Shown in pieces: positions 10,607 to 19,740 of a stretch of DNA of 64,000 bases. The notes under the pieces were generated by a model. The model saw only the letters and a program-made list of their open reading frames with translations, was not told where the DNA came from and searched no databases. Numbering within the stretch: the first letter of the stretch is position 1; the number at the start of each line of letters is the position of its first letter. The translations under genes were made by a program, and so were the position numbers. Source of the stretch: Candidatus Culexmicrobium cathedralense (GTDB lineage Archaea > Thermoproteota > Methanomethylicia > Culexarchaeales > Culexmicrobiaceae); the NCBI GenBank assembly GCA_025061115.1, contig JANZKC010000002.1:96001-160000 (forward strand), written 5' to 3'.

Positions 10607-11383
10607 ATGAAAATTGAAGAGGCCATCATATTAGCTGCAGGACTAAGCACAAGGCTTAAAGCTAGGGGGATATTAACTCCAAAATTTGCATTGAAGGTTG
10701 AGGAAGCGCCACTCATATGGTATCCATTAAACTCACTACTTCAATGCGAAGTTAATAGGTTTGTGGTGGTAGTAGCAGAAGTATATCAAGACATAGCCAA
10801 TAATCTGTTCGACAAGTACTTTAAGCAAGTCAAAGTAAAAATTGTAACAAACAAATTTCCTTGCAGAGGCAATGGATATAGCCTGTTATTAGCATTAAAA
10901 AATGCGAAAGCGGACACTGCTTACGTTTCAATGTCAGATCACATATACCCACCGGACATGCCTGAAAAGATGCTTGAAGACTACATTGCACTCGGCGAGC
11001 CGGACATTCTAGTAGGCGGAGATTCAAAGCCAAGTTATATCGACATCGCAGAAGCAACTAAAATATTAGCCGATGAAAATGGGAACTTAATATCAATAGG
11101 GAAGCAAATCGAAAAATACAATTACGTAGATGTAGGCTTGCTCGTAATTAAACGAAGAGCGCTAAATATAATCGAAGACTTGAAACTCAAATCAAATAAT
11201 TTGGAGCTATCGAAACTTCTAACTATAGCTATTAATGAGGGCTTGAAAGTTAAGGTCAGTGATGTCACGGGAAATCTATGGACCGAAGTAGACACCTACG
11301 AAGACTACCTATCACTCACTAGAGGAAGTAGAAGAGAGGTTTTGATAAAATTCCTAGAAAGCTTGGGTGTAACCCATGATTAG
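10607..11383 (+). CDS. CTP:L-myo-inositol-1-phosphate cytidylyltransferase (IPCT)-like NTP transferase
   Basis: AIILAAGLSTRL, RGNGYSL, MSDHIY, EATK and WTEVDT motifs; adjacent to DIPPS and ino1. Confidence 0.85.
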   Translation: MKIEEAIILAAGLSTRLKARGILTPKFALKVEEAPLIWYPLNSLLQCEVNRFVVVVAEVYQDIANNLFDKYFKQVKVKIVTNKFPCRGNGYSLLLALKNAKADTAYVSMSDHIYPPDMPEKMLEDYIALGEPDILVGGDSKPSYIDIAEATKILADENGNLISIGKQIEKYNYVDVGLLVIKRRALNIIEDLKLKSNNLELSKLLTIAINEGLKVKVSDVTGNLWTEVDTYEDYLSLTRGSRREVLIKFLESLGVTHD

Positions 11384-12008
11384 AGGAAAAGCTACTGATG
11401 GCATAGTTTCCAGGTACATAAATAGGAAAATATCCAGCAAAATAACCAAATTAATTTTAAAGCAGAAATTGAAAATAACGCCAAATCAAGTCTCATTGTT
11501 ATCATTCATTATGGGAGCAGCATCCCTCCCACTATACTTAATGAGGCAGCCGATAATCGCGGGAATAGTCGTTCAGTTATCATCAATAATTGACGGAGTA
11601 GACGGGGAATTGGCCAGAGCACTTCGCATGGAAAGCGAATTTGGAGCATTCTTCGATGCAATTCTAGATAGGCTGGCAGACATAGCAATTCTATTTGGCG
11701 CAACAGCCTACCTAACGCTAACAACTAGCATCAATTACGAAACACTATTAATAGCGTTAGGAGCTATAAGCGGAAGCTTAATGGTAAGTTACATCCACGC
11801 GAAATCTCAGCAAGACCTTAAAGTTCACCCCGCACTTATAGGCAGAATTAGGGGCATAGCTTCCAGAGATGTTAGGTTGTTCATCATTTTTGCTGGAAGC
11901 ATGCTCGGTTTAATAAAGGAAACTTTAATCCTCCTATTCATACTAACTTACACTTATGTTATAGGTAAATTTGTGGAAATAATTCTTCACATTAGACCCA
12001 CCGAATAA
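11376..12008 (+). CDS. CDP-alcohol phosphotransferase, di-myo-inositol-phosphate phosphate synthase (DIPPS)-like
   Basis: DGIVSRYINRKIS N-terminus, DGVDGELAR...GAFFDAILDR signature, SRDVRLF. Confidence 0.88.
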   Translation: MIRGKATDGIVSRYINRKISSKITKLILKQKLKITPNQVSLLSFIMGAASLPLYLMRQPIIAGIVVQLSSIIDGVDGELARALRMESEFGAFFDAILDRLADIAILFGATAYLTLTTSINYETLLIALGAISGSLMVSYIHAKSQQDLKVHPALIGRIRGIASRDVRLFIIFAGSMLGLIKETLILLFILTYTYVIGKFVEIILHIRPTE

Positions 12009-12143
12009 TTTTTAGCTTTAAATTGCCATTTTACTGGTGGTGCATAACCACTGCAATTAAGCCTTATCTTATTGCAAAACTGTAATGCGCTTCAATATCT
12101 ACAAGTATAAATATATAGTAATTTGTTAGTAGAGGTGAGAGCA

Positions 12144-13310
12144 ATGATAAATGCAATTCTCCTCGGACAAGGGATGGTGGCTACGCACCTAGCTGTCGGA
12201 CTTGAAAGAATAAAGAGCGGCGAAATTGAGCCTTACGGAGTCCCATTAGCAAAATACGAGCTGCCATACAAAATTGAAGACATAAACTTAATCTGCAGCT
12301 ACGACGTGGATGCAGGAAAGGTTGAGAGAAGCATATACGAAGTCGCTAAAAAGCTCATTGGAGAGCAAGTTCCAATCCCACAATCATTGAAGGACGTGCA
12401 CGTGAGAGAAGGAGTGCACCTTGGAAGTTTAAAAGGACTAATTGAAAAGACAGTTGGCCTAGAATCCAAAATGACCTTGAAGGATGCATGCGACAAGCTT
12501 GCAGATGAGTGGAAGGAGCTAAACGTAGACGTAATAGTGAATGTAATAACCACGGAACACGGGGAACCCTTCAACGAACTGGCAAAACTTGAAAAAGCCA
12601 TCGAAGAAAATCAAAGAGACAAGCTGACAGCCTCCCACTTCTACGCCTACACAGCTGCAAAGTACTCAGAAAAAGCTGGAAAGCCAATAGCATTTATAAA
12701 TGTAATACCAACCCCACTTGCAAATGACCCTGCAATAGTCAAGCTTTACGCTAAATCGAATTCAATAGTACTTGGAGACGATGGAGCAACTGGAGCAACC
12801 CCTCTAACGGCAGATCTACTTGAGCACATGGCTGAAAGAAATAGAAGAGTTAAATTCATAGTTCAATTCAACATTGGAGGAAACCTAGACTTCCTAGCAC
12901 TAACAGTTCCTGAAAAGAACATCATGAAGGAAAAGACCAAGAGCAGCATAGTCAAGGACATCCTAGGATACGATACGCCGCACTACATAAAGCCCACAGG
13001 CTATCTAAAGCCGCTAGGAGATAAGAAGTACGTAGCCCTACACTTGGAGTACTTGACCTTCAACGGTTTGACAGACGAATTGTACGTTAACGTGAGATTA
13101 AATGACAGCCCAGCGCTAGCTGGAAAGCTAGTGGATTTAATTAGGCTGAGCAAAGTAGCGCTAGATAAAGGGTATAATGGCACGATTTACGAAATCAACT
13201 CGTTCTTCATGAAAAAGCCCGGTCCAGTACATGCGAAATCGGTCTCCAAAATAGTGGCATTTCACAACATGATAAAATGGCTTAAAGAGCTGGACGCCAT
13301 CCAAAGCTGA
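12144..13310 (+). CDS. ino1: myo-Inositol-1-phosphate synthase (Thermotoga/Thermococcales type)
   Basis: LGQGMVAT...GEIEPYGVPLA, GDDGATGATP, QFNIGGNLDF and NDSPALAG motifs; start at ATG after GAGGTGA RBS. Confidence 0.92.
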   Translation: MINAILLGQGMVATHLAVGLERIKSGEIEPYGVPLAKYELPYKIEDINLICSYDVDAGKVERSIYEVAKKLIGEQVPIPQSLKDVHVREGVHLGSLKGLIEKTVGLESKMTLKDACDKLADEWKELNVDVIVNVITTEHGEPFNELAKLEKAIEENQRDKLTASHFYAYTAAKYSEKAGKPIAFINVIPTPLANDPAIVKLYAKSNSIVLGDDGATGATPLTADLLEHMAERNRRVKFIVQFNIGGNLDFLALTVPEKNIMKEKTKSSIVKDILGYDTPHYIKPTGYLKPLGDKKYVALHLEYLTFNGLTDELYVNVRLNDSPALAGKLVDLIRLSKVALDKGYNGTIYEINSFFMKKPGPVHAKSVSKIVAFHNMIKWLKELDAIQS

Positions 13311-13311
13311 A

Positions 13312-13347
13312 CCCACCTCCACACTTTTTGACCACCAGGGAGGTGGG
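13312..13347 (+). promoter_or_regulatory. 9-bp inverted repeat sequestering the Shine-Dalgarno site of the GT4 gene
   Basis: CCCACCTCC (13312-13320) pairs perfectly with GGAGGTGGG (13339-13347), 3 nt before ATG 13351. Confidence 0.55.
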
Positions 13348-13350
13348 AGC

Positions 13351-14535
13351 ATGAAGTTATGCTACATTTCATCTTATCCACCCACCATCTGCGGAATAGG
13401 AGACTACACTGAAAGCCTAGCTAAAGAGCTAATAAAGTTAGATCCAACCATTGAAATTCACGTAATAGCCGAATATGAGGCAAAAAGCAGCATAGAAAGA
13501 ATAAAAGTGCACCCAACATTTGACAGGAAAAGCTACACCAGCCAAGAAATAATAGAAGCAATTAGAAAGATCAAGCCCGAAATAGCCCACCTCCAACACA
13601 GCTTTGGAATATTTGGAGCAGATCAAAGAGCAATAAGCATACTTGAAGCTTTAAGGAAATTGGGATCCAAGGTAATAGTGACGTTCCACACAGTTCACAG
13701 CAGAGAAACGGTCGACTTTAAAGTTGCAGGATACGATATTGAAGATTACAACAGGATCATATCATCATATGCACACCACATAATTGTCCACACAAACTCC
13801 ATGAAACAAGTACTAGCAAGGCAGGGAGTAAATAAAGACAAGATCAGCATGATAAGAATTGGAGCATTCAAATTTGGTCATGTAAGCAGGAAGGATGCAA
13901 GAAGAAAGCTCGAAATACCTGAAAACGCAAAGGTAATGCTTGCTCCAGGCTTCATCCACAGAACCAAGGGAACAGACATTGCAATAAAAGTATGCAAGGA
14001 GTTAGCCAAGATAACGAACGATGTCGAATTAATCATCGCCGGCTGGATCCACCCCAAAGAAATTGATGAGCGCAACATCAAGTACGCTTACAACTGCCTA
14101 AAGATGATAAGCAAATACGGGCTAAACGACAAGGTAATAGCAACTAAAAGGAATCTGTCCAGAGAAGAGCTTTCAACATACCTATCGGCATCAGATTTAA
14201 TTCTACTGCCATACACTCAATTCAACTGGTCTGCAAGTGGAATTCTAAAACTAGCCATTGGAGCCAAAAAGCCATTCATAGTGACCAGAATTCCAAAATT
14301 TGAGGAAGTTAGCGAGGAAATATCGGATGAGATTACTGCACCTCCAAACGACGTCAAAAGAATGGCTAAAATAGCCTACAGACTACTTTACGACCAAGAG
14401 TTCAGAGAAAAAATTGTAAGCAGAATTGAAGAATATGCAAAGAAGGTTTCTTGGACAAACATCGCAAAGCAGCATATCGAAATTTACTCAGAAATTATTG
14501 AAGAAAAAGCGAATGCACGCCGACTCCCATTTTAG
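13351..14535 (+). CDS. GT4 (GT-B fold) glycosyltransferase
   Basis: ISSYPPTICGIGDYT, LQHSFGIFG, TFHTV, GFIHRTKG, SDLILLPY and SGIL motifs. Confidence 0.88.
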   Translation: MKLCYISSYPPTICGIGDYTESLAKELIKLDPTIEIHVIAEYEAKSSIERIKVHPTFDRKSYTSQEIIEAIRKIKPEIAHLQHSFGIFGADQRAISILEALRKLGSKVIVTFHTVHSRETVDFKVAGYDIEDYNRIISSYAHHIIVHTNSMKQVLARQGVNKDKISMIRIGAFKFGHVSRKDARRKLEIPENAKVMLAPGFIHRTKGTDIAIKVCKELAKITNDVELIIAGWIHPKEIDERNIKYAYNCLKMISKYGLNDKVIATKRNLSREELSTYLSASDLILLPYTQFNWSASGILKLAIGAKKPFIVTRIPKFEEVSEEISDEITAPPNDVKRMAKIAYRLLYDQEFREKIVSRIEEYAKKVSWTNIAKQHIEIYSEIIEEKANARRLPF

Positions 14536-14542
14536 CTTCAAA

Positions 14543-15121
14543 CTACCTGCTTCTCCTAACTCTAGGCTTGCAAATAATTTCCCTCACATCCAAGCTGAAG
14601 AAGTTAGTGCTATGGGCGGGCTTGACAACAGCAGCAGTATCCGCACCCCTACCAGTACCAGCAATGGCAATTACTTCCTCATCAACTGGTATCAGCCCTG
14701 CATCTGCAGCCATAACCGTTATTTCAACAACCACCTTAATTCCCTCACCAAGCAGCCTTAAAGTATGAGCCATCAACTCGAGTGGAAGCCAAGTAGCCAA
14801 CTGCCTTCTAGCACTCCTCTCAATAGCGCTTAAGGCATGAGTACCAGTAAATATCTTACCTCCAAGCTTCACTATTTCCTCTTTAAACTCGCTCCTCAGC
14901 TCGCTAACTCCAGGCGCGCTAAATCCAACAGAGTGAGTGACCACAACAACATTGCATCCCCTAAAAATCCTGCACGCTTTAACTCCAGTCTCACCACTGG
15001 TTGAGGCAACCACAACATGTCTTATTCCAAGCTCCTCAGCCCTCCTCTTAGCTAGTTCAAGCGTTTTTTCAGTATTTTCCTTCCCAGGATTATCGAAGTA
15101 AACTATCTCTTTGACCAGCAA
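14543..15121 (-). CDS. Pyruvate kinase C-terminal (alpha/beta) domain-like conserved archaeal protein
   Basis: YFDNPGKENT, VVASTSGETG, MAADAG and GTGRGADTA motifs. Confidence 0.85.
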   Translation of the reverse strand: MLVKEIVYFDNPGKENTEKTLELAKRRAEELGIRHVVVASTSGETGVKACRIFRGCNVVVVTHSVGFSAPGVSELRSEFKEEIVKLGGKIFTGTHALSAIERSARRQLATWLPLELMAHTLRLLGEGIKVVVEITVMAADAGLIPVDEEVIAIAGTGRGADTAAVVKPAHSTNFFSLDVREIICKPRVRRSR

Positions 15122-15209
15122 CGCTTCACCCCCCAGAAATTATTAATCAGCAAGTATATTAGGTTAAACAAGTTCGAAATTAAATTTGATGAATATAGGA
15201 GGATTAGCT

Positions 15210-15851
15210 ATGCGCGCATTAATAACCGGATTCGAACCATATGGCCAAGAAAAATACAATCCATCTGGCGAGATGGCCAAAAGGCTTGATGGGCAGAGAG
15301 TAGGCGATGTAGAAATAACTGGCGCAATACTCCCAGTGTCGTTTAAGAGAGTGCGGAAAGTCCTAATTAAGCACATTGAGGATGTAAAGCCTTCAATAAT
15401 AATCAATTTAGGATTAGCTCCAAAGACCACCTACATAAGAGTTGAGAGAGTTGCCATAAACGTCATGGACGCAGGGCCGGACAACGACGGATTTAAGCCT
15501 GAAGGAGAACCCATCGACTCAAACGGCCCAGCAGCATACTTCGCTACAATACCAATTAAAAACATAGTTAAATCGTTAAGGGAGGAAGGAATACCAGCAG
15601 CAATATCTAACACTGCTGGAACCTTTCTATGCAACTGCACAATGTACCATACTCTACACTACATATCAATCAACAAGTTAAATGCAATTGCAGGATTCAT
15701 CCACATACCATACACGCTTAGGCAAGCAGCCGAAAAACCCCCAAAATCGTTCTTCGGGATGCCGCCTCCAGGCTTGCCAAAAGAAGTCATTGAAAAAGCT
15801 GTGAAAATTGCCATCAAAGTCTCCCAAAATAAATTGGTAGTGAGAAAATGA
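15210..15851 (+). CDS. pcp: Pyroglutamyl-peptidase I
   Basis: LITGFEPY, ERVAIN, AGTFLCN and GFIHIP motifs; start after GGAGG. Confidence 0.95.
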   Translation: MRALITGFEPYGQEKYNPSGEMAKRLDGQRVGDVEITGAILPVSFKRVRKVLIKHIEDVKPSIIINLGLAPKTTYIRVERVAINVMDAGPDNDGFKPEGEPIDSNGPAAYFATIPIKNIVKSLREEGIPAAISNTAGTFLCNCTMYHTLHYISINKLNAIAGFIHIPYTLRQAAEKPPKSFFGMPPPGLPKEVIEKAVKIAIKVSQNKLVVRK

Positions 15852-16249
15852 AGGTTAAGAGTGTAGAGATGCAATTAAAGACGAAGGGAGAAATAGAAAT
15901 TATAGACTTAACACCTAAAATAAGAAAAGTAGTAGAGGAATCCGAAATCAAAAATGGGGTAGCAGTCGTATTTACACCCGGATCAACAGCCGCCATAACA
16001 ACCATCGAATACGAGCCAAACTTAGAGGAGGACCTCAAGGAGCTTCTAAGAAGAATTGCGCCGAAAAACGGGTGGAGACATCCAATCAATGCGCACAGCC
16101 ACTTAAGAGCAACAATTCTATCTCCAAGCTTAACTGTGCCAATTATTAATGGAAAATTAGCCCTTGGAACTTGGCAGCAAATAGTGTTTTTAGAGCTTGA
16201 TACCCGCCCTAGAAATAGGAGAGTAATCGTGCAGCTAATTGGCAATTGA
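15848..16249 (+). CDS. YjbQ/UPF0047 family protein
   Basis: GSTAAITTIEYEP, NAHSHLRA and LGTWQQI motifs. Confidence 0.92.
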   Translation: MKVKSVEMQLKTKGEIEIIDLTPKIRKVVEESEIKNGVAVVFTPGSTAAITTIEYEPNLEEDLKELLRRIAPKNGWRHPINAHSHLRATILSPSLTVPIINGKLALGTWQQIVFLELDTRPRNRRVIVQLIGN

Positions 16250-16262
16250 CATTAAATTATTT

Positions 16263-17510
16263 TTACCCGCCTATCAAGCCTTCAAAGTACATTTTCATGC
16301 GCTGCACACCCTCTACTAGAACTTCAGGGTTAAGTACACATGGCGCAAATGACAGTCTAGTCCATCCATCCATCAGGAAGTCCACTCCTGGAGCTAATGC
16401 CACCTGCCATTTTTTAAGAAGCTCATTACAAACTTTCCGTGAACTCGGCTCATAAGCCTCATGATTGAAGAAGACGTAGAACCCCGCCTCTGGATCCAAA
16501 ACCTTAAGCAAAGGAATTTCCTCCCTAAGCATTTTGGCAGTGCTAGCTGCAACTTCAGCGTAAATTCTTCTCTGCTCATCAAAATACTCCTTAGTCCTCC
16601 TCAACCTGTCCTCATCCAGCATCACTCTAGTTAAAACTTCCTGAACAAGCCTATTGGGACAAAGAACTCTAGCCTGCTCAACGACTTCTACAGCTCTCAG
16701 AAAATCAGGGTCGCTAATCATGTATGCTAGTCTCCAACCGGGAATTCTTAATTCCTTGGAGAGAGTGCACACCCAAATTTCATTATCCCTACGCTCTCTT
16801 GACATGTATCTTGGAATTCCATTGAAGAAGAAAGCTCTATAAGCAACGTCAATCATGACCCAGCAATTTTTCTCCTCAGCTATGTCAACAACTCCATTGA
16901 GAACTTCATCACTAATAATTTTACTATCAGGATTTCCAGGAGAAGTAAGCACTATAAGCCTTGTATCATCAGTAATTAGCTCCTTGAAGTCCTCCAAAGA
17001 CGGATTGAACTCGCCGTTTTTAATTGTGGGCCAGCACTTCATCTTGACATCCAACTTCATTTCAACTTGAAGCTGCCTAATGTAATTCAAGTATGCAGGT
17101 TTGGTCAATATAACTTCACTTCCAGGATCCAGGGAAGCGATAATTATTGCTCCAATCAAATCCGTACTTCCAGAGCCAACAAGAATTTCCTCGGGAGCTA
17201 CACTTCTACCAAAAACATACTTTTCATATTCAACTAATCCTCGAATGAATGAAGGCTGCCCCCTAGTAGTTCCATATCTGCACGCCTCATTAAACAGGCT
17301 CTTATCCTCAATAACCTCTTTTGTAGCTTCAATCAGCGTAGGTGGAGGAGGATCTTGAGGCCAGCCGCCGCCCAAGTAGATTAATTTCCTAGGATACTTC
17401 TCCGGGTGCAGCTTATAATCAGTAACCACGCTCATAATCTCCCTAATGGAACTTGGATTATCCAAAGCATATTTAGCAACCTCAGATACGGGGTACTTCA
17501 AATGCACCAC
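16263..17510 (-). CDS. Class I/II PLP-dependent aminotransferase
   Basis: YLGGGWPQDPP, SPGNP, DVAY and SKELRIPGWRL motifs. Confidence 0.85.
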   Translation of the reverse strand: MVHLKYPVSEVAKYALDNPSSIREIMSVVTDYKLHPEKYPRKLIYLGGGWPQDPPPPTLIEATKEVIEDKSLFNEACRYGTTRGQPSFIRGLVEYEKYVFGRSVAPEEILVGSGSTDLIGAIIIASLDPGSEVILTKPAYLNYIRQLQVEMKLDVKMKCWPTIKNGEFNPSLEDFKELITDDTRLIVLTSPGNPDSKIISDEVLNGVVDIAEEKNCWVMIDVAYRAFFFNGIPRYMSRERRDNEIWVCTLSKELRIPGWRLAYMISDPDFLRAVEVVEQARVLCPNRLVQEVLTRVMLDEDRLRRTKEYFDEQRRIYAEVAASTAKMLREEIPLLKVLDPEAGFYVFFNHEAYEPSSRKVCNELLKKWQVALAPGVDFLMDGWTRLSFAPCVLNPEVLVEGVQRMKMYFEGLIGG

Positions 17511-17892
17511 CGAACATACGTTGATAATTTAAGGTATATTAGCATTAGCCCTATCCAGAAGTTAAATCTACATTGCCAACATAACCTATGAAAACAAGCT
17601 TATGATTGAATTGGTTCCACCTTCTTCCACGCCCAACATGACTTGAGTTATAACAATAACTTGATTGAAATAGGGGAACTAAAATTTTAATAATCTTTTA
17701 CATATTTATAGGATTTCTTTAAACTTTCAGCTCTAAAGCTAATGTTAAACTGTGAATATGGGTAGTATTGATGTTGCTTTACGGCATTCTTCGGTTAGCA
17801 TTTCTATAAGGATTTGATATTCCAGGTCTTCTATGCCTGCTAGGAAGTAGACTTGGCGGATTCCTTCTTTGTGCCTCATAAATGCGTCTATT

Positions 17893-17946
17893 ACTCAGCG
17901 ATCCACTCCGCTGAGTTTACAACCTGCTGAAAAGCGCTTTTCAGCA
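17893..17946. repeat. Tandem inverted repeats: 8-bp hairpin plus perfect 22-bp palindrome
   Basis: ACTCAGCG-8nt-CGCTGAGT (17893-17916); TGCTGAAAAGCGCTTTTCAGCA (17925-17946). Confidence 0.8.
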
Positions 17947-17995
17947 TCAAGTTAGATTAATATCTAAGAGTAGTAGCAACATAAATTAGTTAGCG

Positions 17996-18238
17996 GTGAT
18001 CGCGATGGAATTAATAATGCTGGGCCTCATATTGATGATCATTGGCATCGCAATAATAGTTGTGGGAACCCTCCTCACAGCACTCAAGGCTGGTAGAGGT
18101 GAAGTAAAGAGCGGAGGCGTATTGCTGATAGGCCCCTTCCCAATAGTTTGGGGCTCCAGCTCAAAACTTGCATTGGCAGCCACAGTAATTGCAATTATAA
18201 TTCTCATTTCAATGACCCTCCTCATAATGATGAGGTGA
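17996..18238 (+). CDS. DUF131/TIGR00304-like small membrane protein
   Basis: Two TM helices around GGVLLIGPFPIVWGS. Confidence 0.85.
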   Translation: MIAMELIMLGLILMIIGIAIIVVGTLLTALKAGRGEVKSGGVLLIGPFPIVWGSSSKLALAATVIAIIILISMTLLIMMR

Positions 18239-18242
18239 GAGC

Positions 18243-18671
18243 ATGATTAAATGCGAATTATGCGGAAGAAGAGAGGCGAGATACGTTTGCCAAGAATGTG
18301 GAAGAAGAGTTTGCGAGCTATGCATAGACCCATACACGTGGACTTGCATCGACTGCCTAGAAAAGATTAAGCCAAAACTTACAAGGATGCCAGCCACACA
18401 AACAACTACGCCAATCAACACGATGGCGAAGATATTCACAATCGGATTCATCGTTATATTCATTGGAATGATAATTATGATGATCGCAGCGATACTTGGA
18501 GCCGGTCAAGTTTCAGGAGGCATAGTGATATTCCCCTTCATTCCCATACCGCTAATAATAGGATACGGCCCCGAAGCCCTAAGCGGAATCATAATTGCAA
18601 TAGTGCTTGCCGCCATAATGATAGTATTGATATTAATTCTAACAAGAAAAACGATGCCGACAAGCCTTTAA
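18243..18671 (+). CDS. Zn-finger plus DUF131-like membrane domain protein
   Basis: Four CxxC pairs at N-terminus; GGIVIFPFIPIPLIIG flanked by TM helices. Confidence 0.7.
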   Translation: MIKCELCGRREARYVCQECGRRVCELCIDPYTWTCIDCLEKIKPKLTRMPATQTTTPINTMAKIFTIGFIVIFIGMIIMMIAAILGAGQVSGGIVIFPFIPIPLIIGYGPEALSGIIIAIVLAAIMIVLILILTRKTMPTSL

Positions 18672-18689
18672 AAGAAAATCAAACGAAAA

Positions 18690-19154
18690 TCAGCGCCTAT
18701 ACAGGTAAATTTTGTGAGTAGTCCAAATATCTGGAACAATTTCAACTCTAACTGGAGTCCAGCCAGGTATTTCAAAGTCATGAGACACAACTCTGGCTCC
18801 AGGCTTAAGCTCCTTCTCCAATTTAGGCCTCAACTTCTCATTAACACTAGTTAGCAAGTATAGAGTAACCACATCTGCCTCGCTTAAATCAACCTCAAAG
18901 AAGTTCCCCTGTATAACCTTAACCCTACCTTGAAGATTATGCTCCTTAATTTTCTTCTCAATTTCATAAACAAGATGAGGTCTTATTTCCACTCCAACAG
19001 CTTTTGCCCCAAATTCAAGGGCAGCAATCATGAGAATCCTACCGTCACCCGCACCTAAATCGTAAACCACCTCTCCAGGCCTAACATCAGCTAACTTAAG
19101 CATTCTACGAACAACAGGCTCAGGAGTTGATACGAAAGGAACGTCGTAGCGCAA
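18690..19154 (-). CDS. SAM-dependent methyltransferase (archaeal protein-lysine methyltransferase-like)
   Basis: VPFVSTP, YDLGAGDGR, TLYLL and VVSHDF motifs; start moved to TTG after RBS. Confidence 0.85.
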   Translation of the reverse strand: MRYDVPFVSTPEPVVRRMLKLADVRPGEVVYDLGAGDGRILMIAALEFGAKAVGVEIRPHLVYEIEKKIKEHNLQGRVKVIQGNFFEVDLSEADVVTLYLLTSVNEKLRPKLEKELKPGARVVSHDFEIPGWTPVRVEIVPDIWTTHKIYLYRR

Positions 19155-19342
19155 ACTCACTCCCCTAAACACGACTTCCAAATCTAAACTAATTTTCTTT
19201 GCGCTCACCACTTTTAAGAGAAGAAAGAAGATCCTTAAAATGGCTAAATCCAACTAAAACGCGGGCAATTAATTGCCTAGCTTTAAATGTTGCGGAAGAT
19301 TTGTTAGGGAGAGCTGCAGTAGATTATGAGGAGGAATTGATT

Positions 19343-19738
19343 ATGTATAGAGTAGACCCAGACCTGATTAAAAGGCTGGAAGCGTGGGTTGAAGATCAAA
19401 AGCGCTTCTTAGAATATAGCAAATTGAGCTTAAAAGAATTAGAAAAAGCAGATAGATTAACGCTCATAATAGCTGCGAGAACAGCCTGCGCACAAATACT
19501 TAGGACGATAAAGGGATTTGAAAATTGGCTTCAAAATCCAGTTGTCATAGGATTGATGCCATACGAAATGGCGAAGGAAGTTCAAGAGAAGCTTTGGCAA
19601 ATAATGGTTGAGGTAACCAACTTCGACATAAAGCACACGAGCGAGTACAAGGACTTCTTAAAGAAAGTCATTGAGGAAGGAAGAGTGCTGCCGCCATTCC
19701 CGCCCGAGGAGAGGAGGAGGCTCACCTATACAAGGTAA
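19343..19738 (+). CDS. DUF2153 family protein
   Basis: ADRLTLI...RTIKGFENWLQNP...FDIKHTS; ATG after GAGGAGG. Confidence 0.8.
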   Translation: MYRVDPDLIKRLEAWVEDQKRFLEYSKLSLKELEKADRLTLIIAARTACAQILRTIKGFENWLQNPVVIGLMPYEMAKEVQEKLWQIMVEVTNFDIKHTSEYKDFLKKVIEEGRVLPPFPPEERRRLTYTR

Positions 19739-19740
19739 AA

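Noticed and set aside
17890-17920. Possible selenocysteine read-through at the in-frame TGA within a hairpin on the minus strand
   Set aside because: The upstream frame closes after about 18 codons with no start codon, there is no redox motif, and archaeal SECIS elements lie in UTRs rather than overlapping the UGA
19199-19342. Long N-terminal extension of DUF2153 overlapping the extended methyltransferase ORF
   Set aside because: Better RBS-supported starts at 19343 (+) and 19154 (-) leave a normal divergent promoter region
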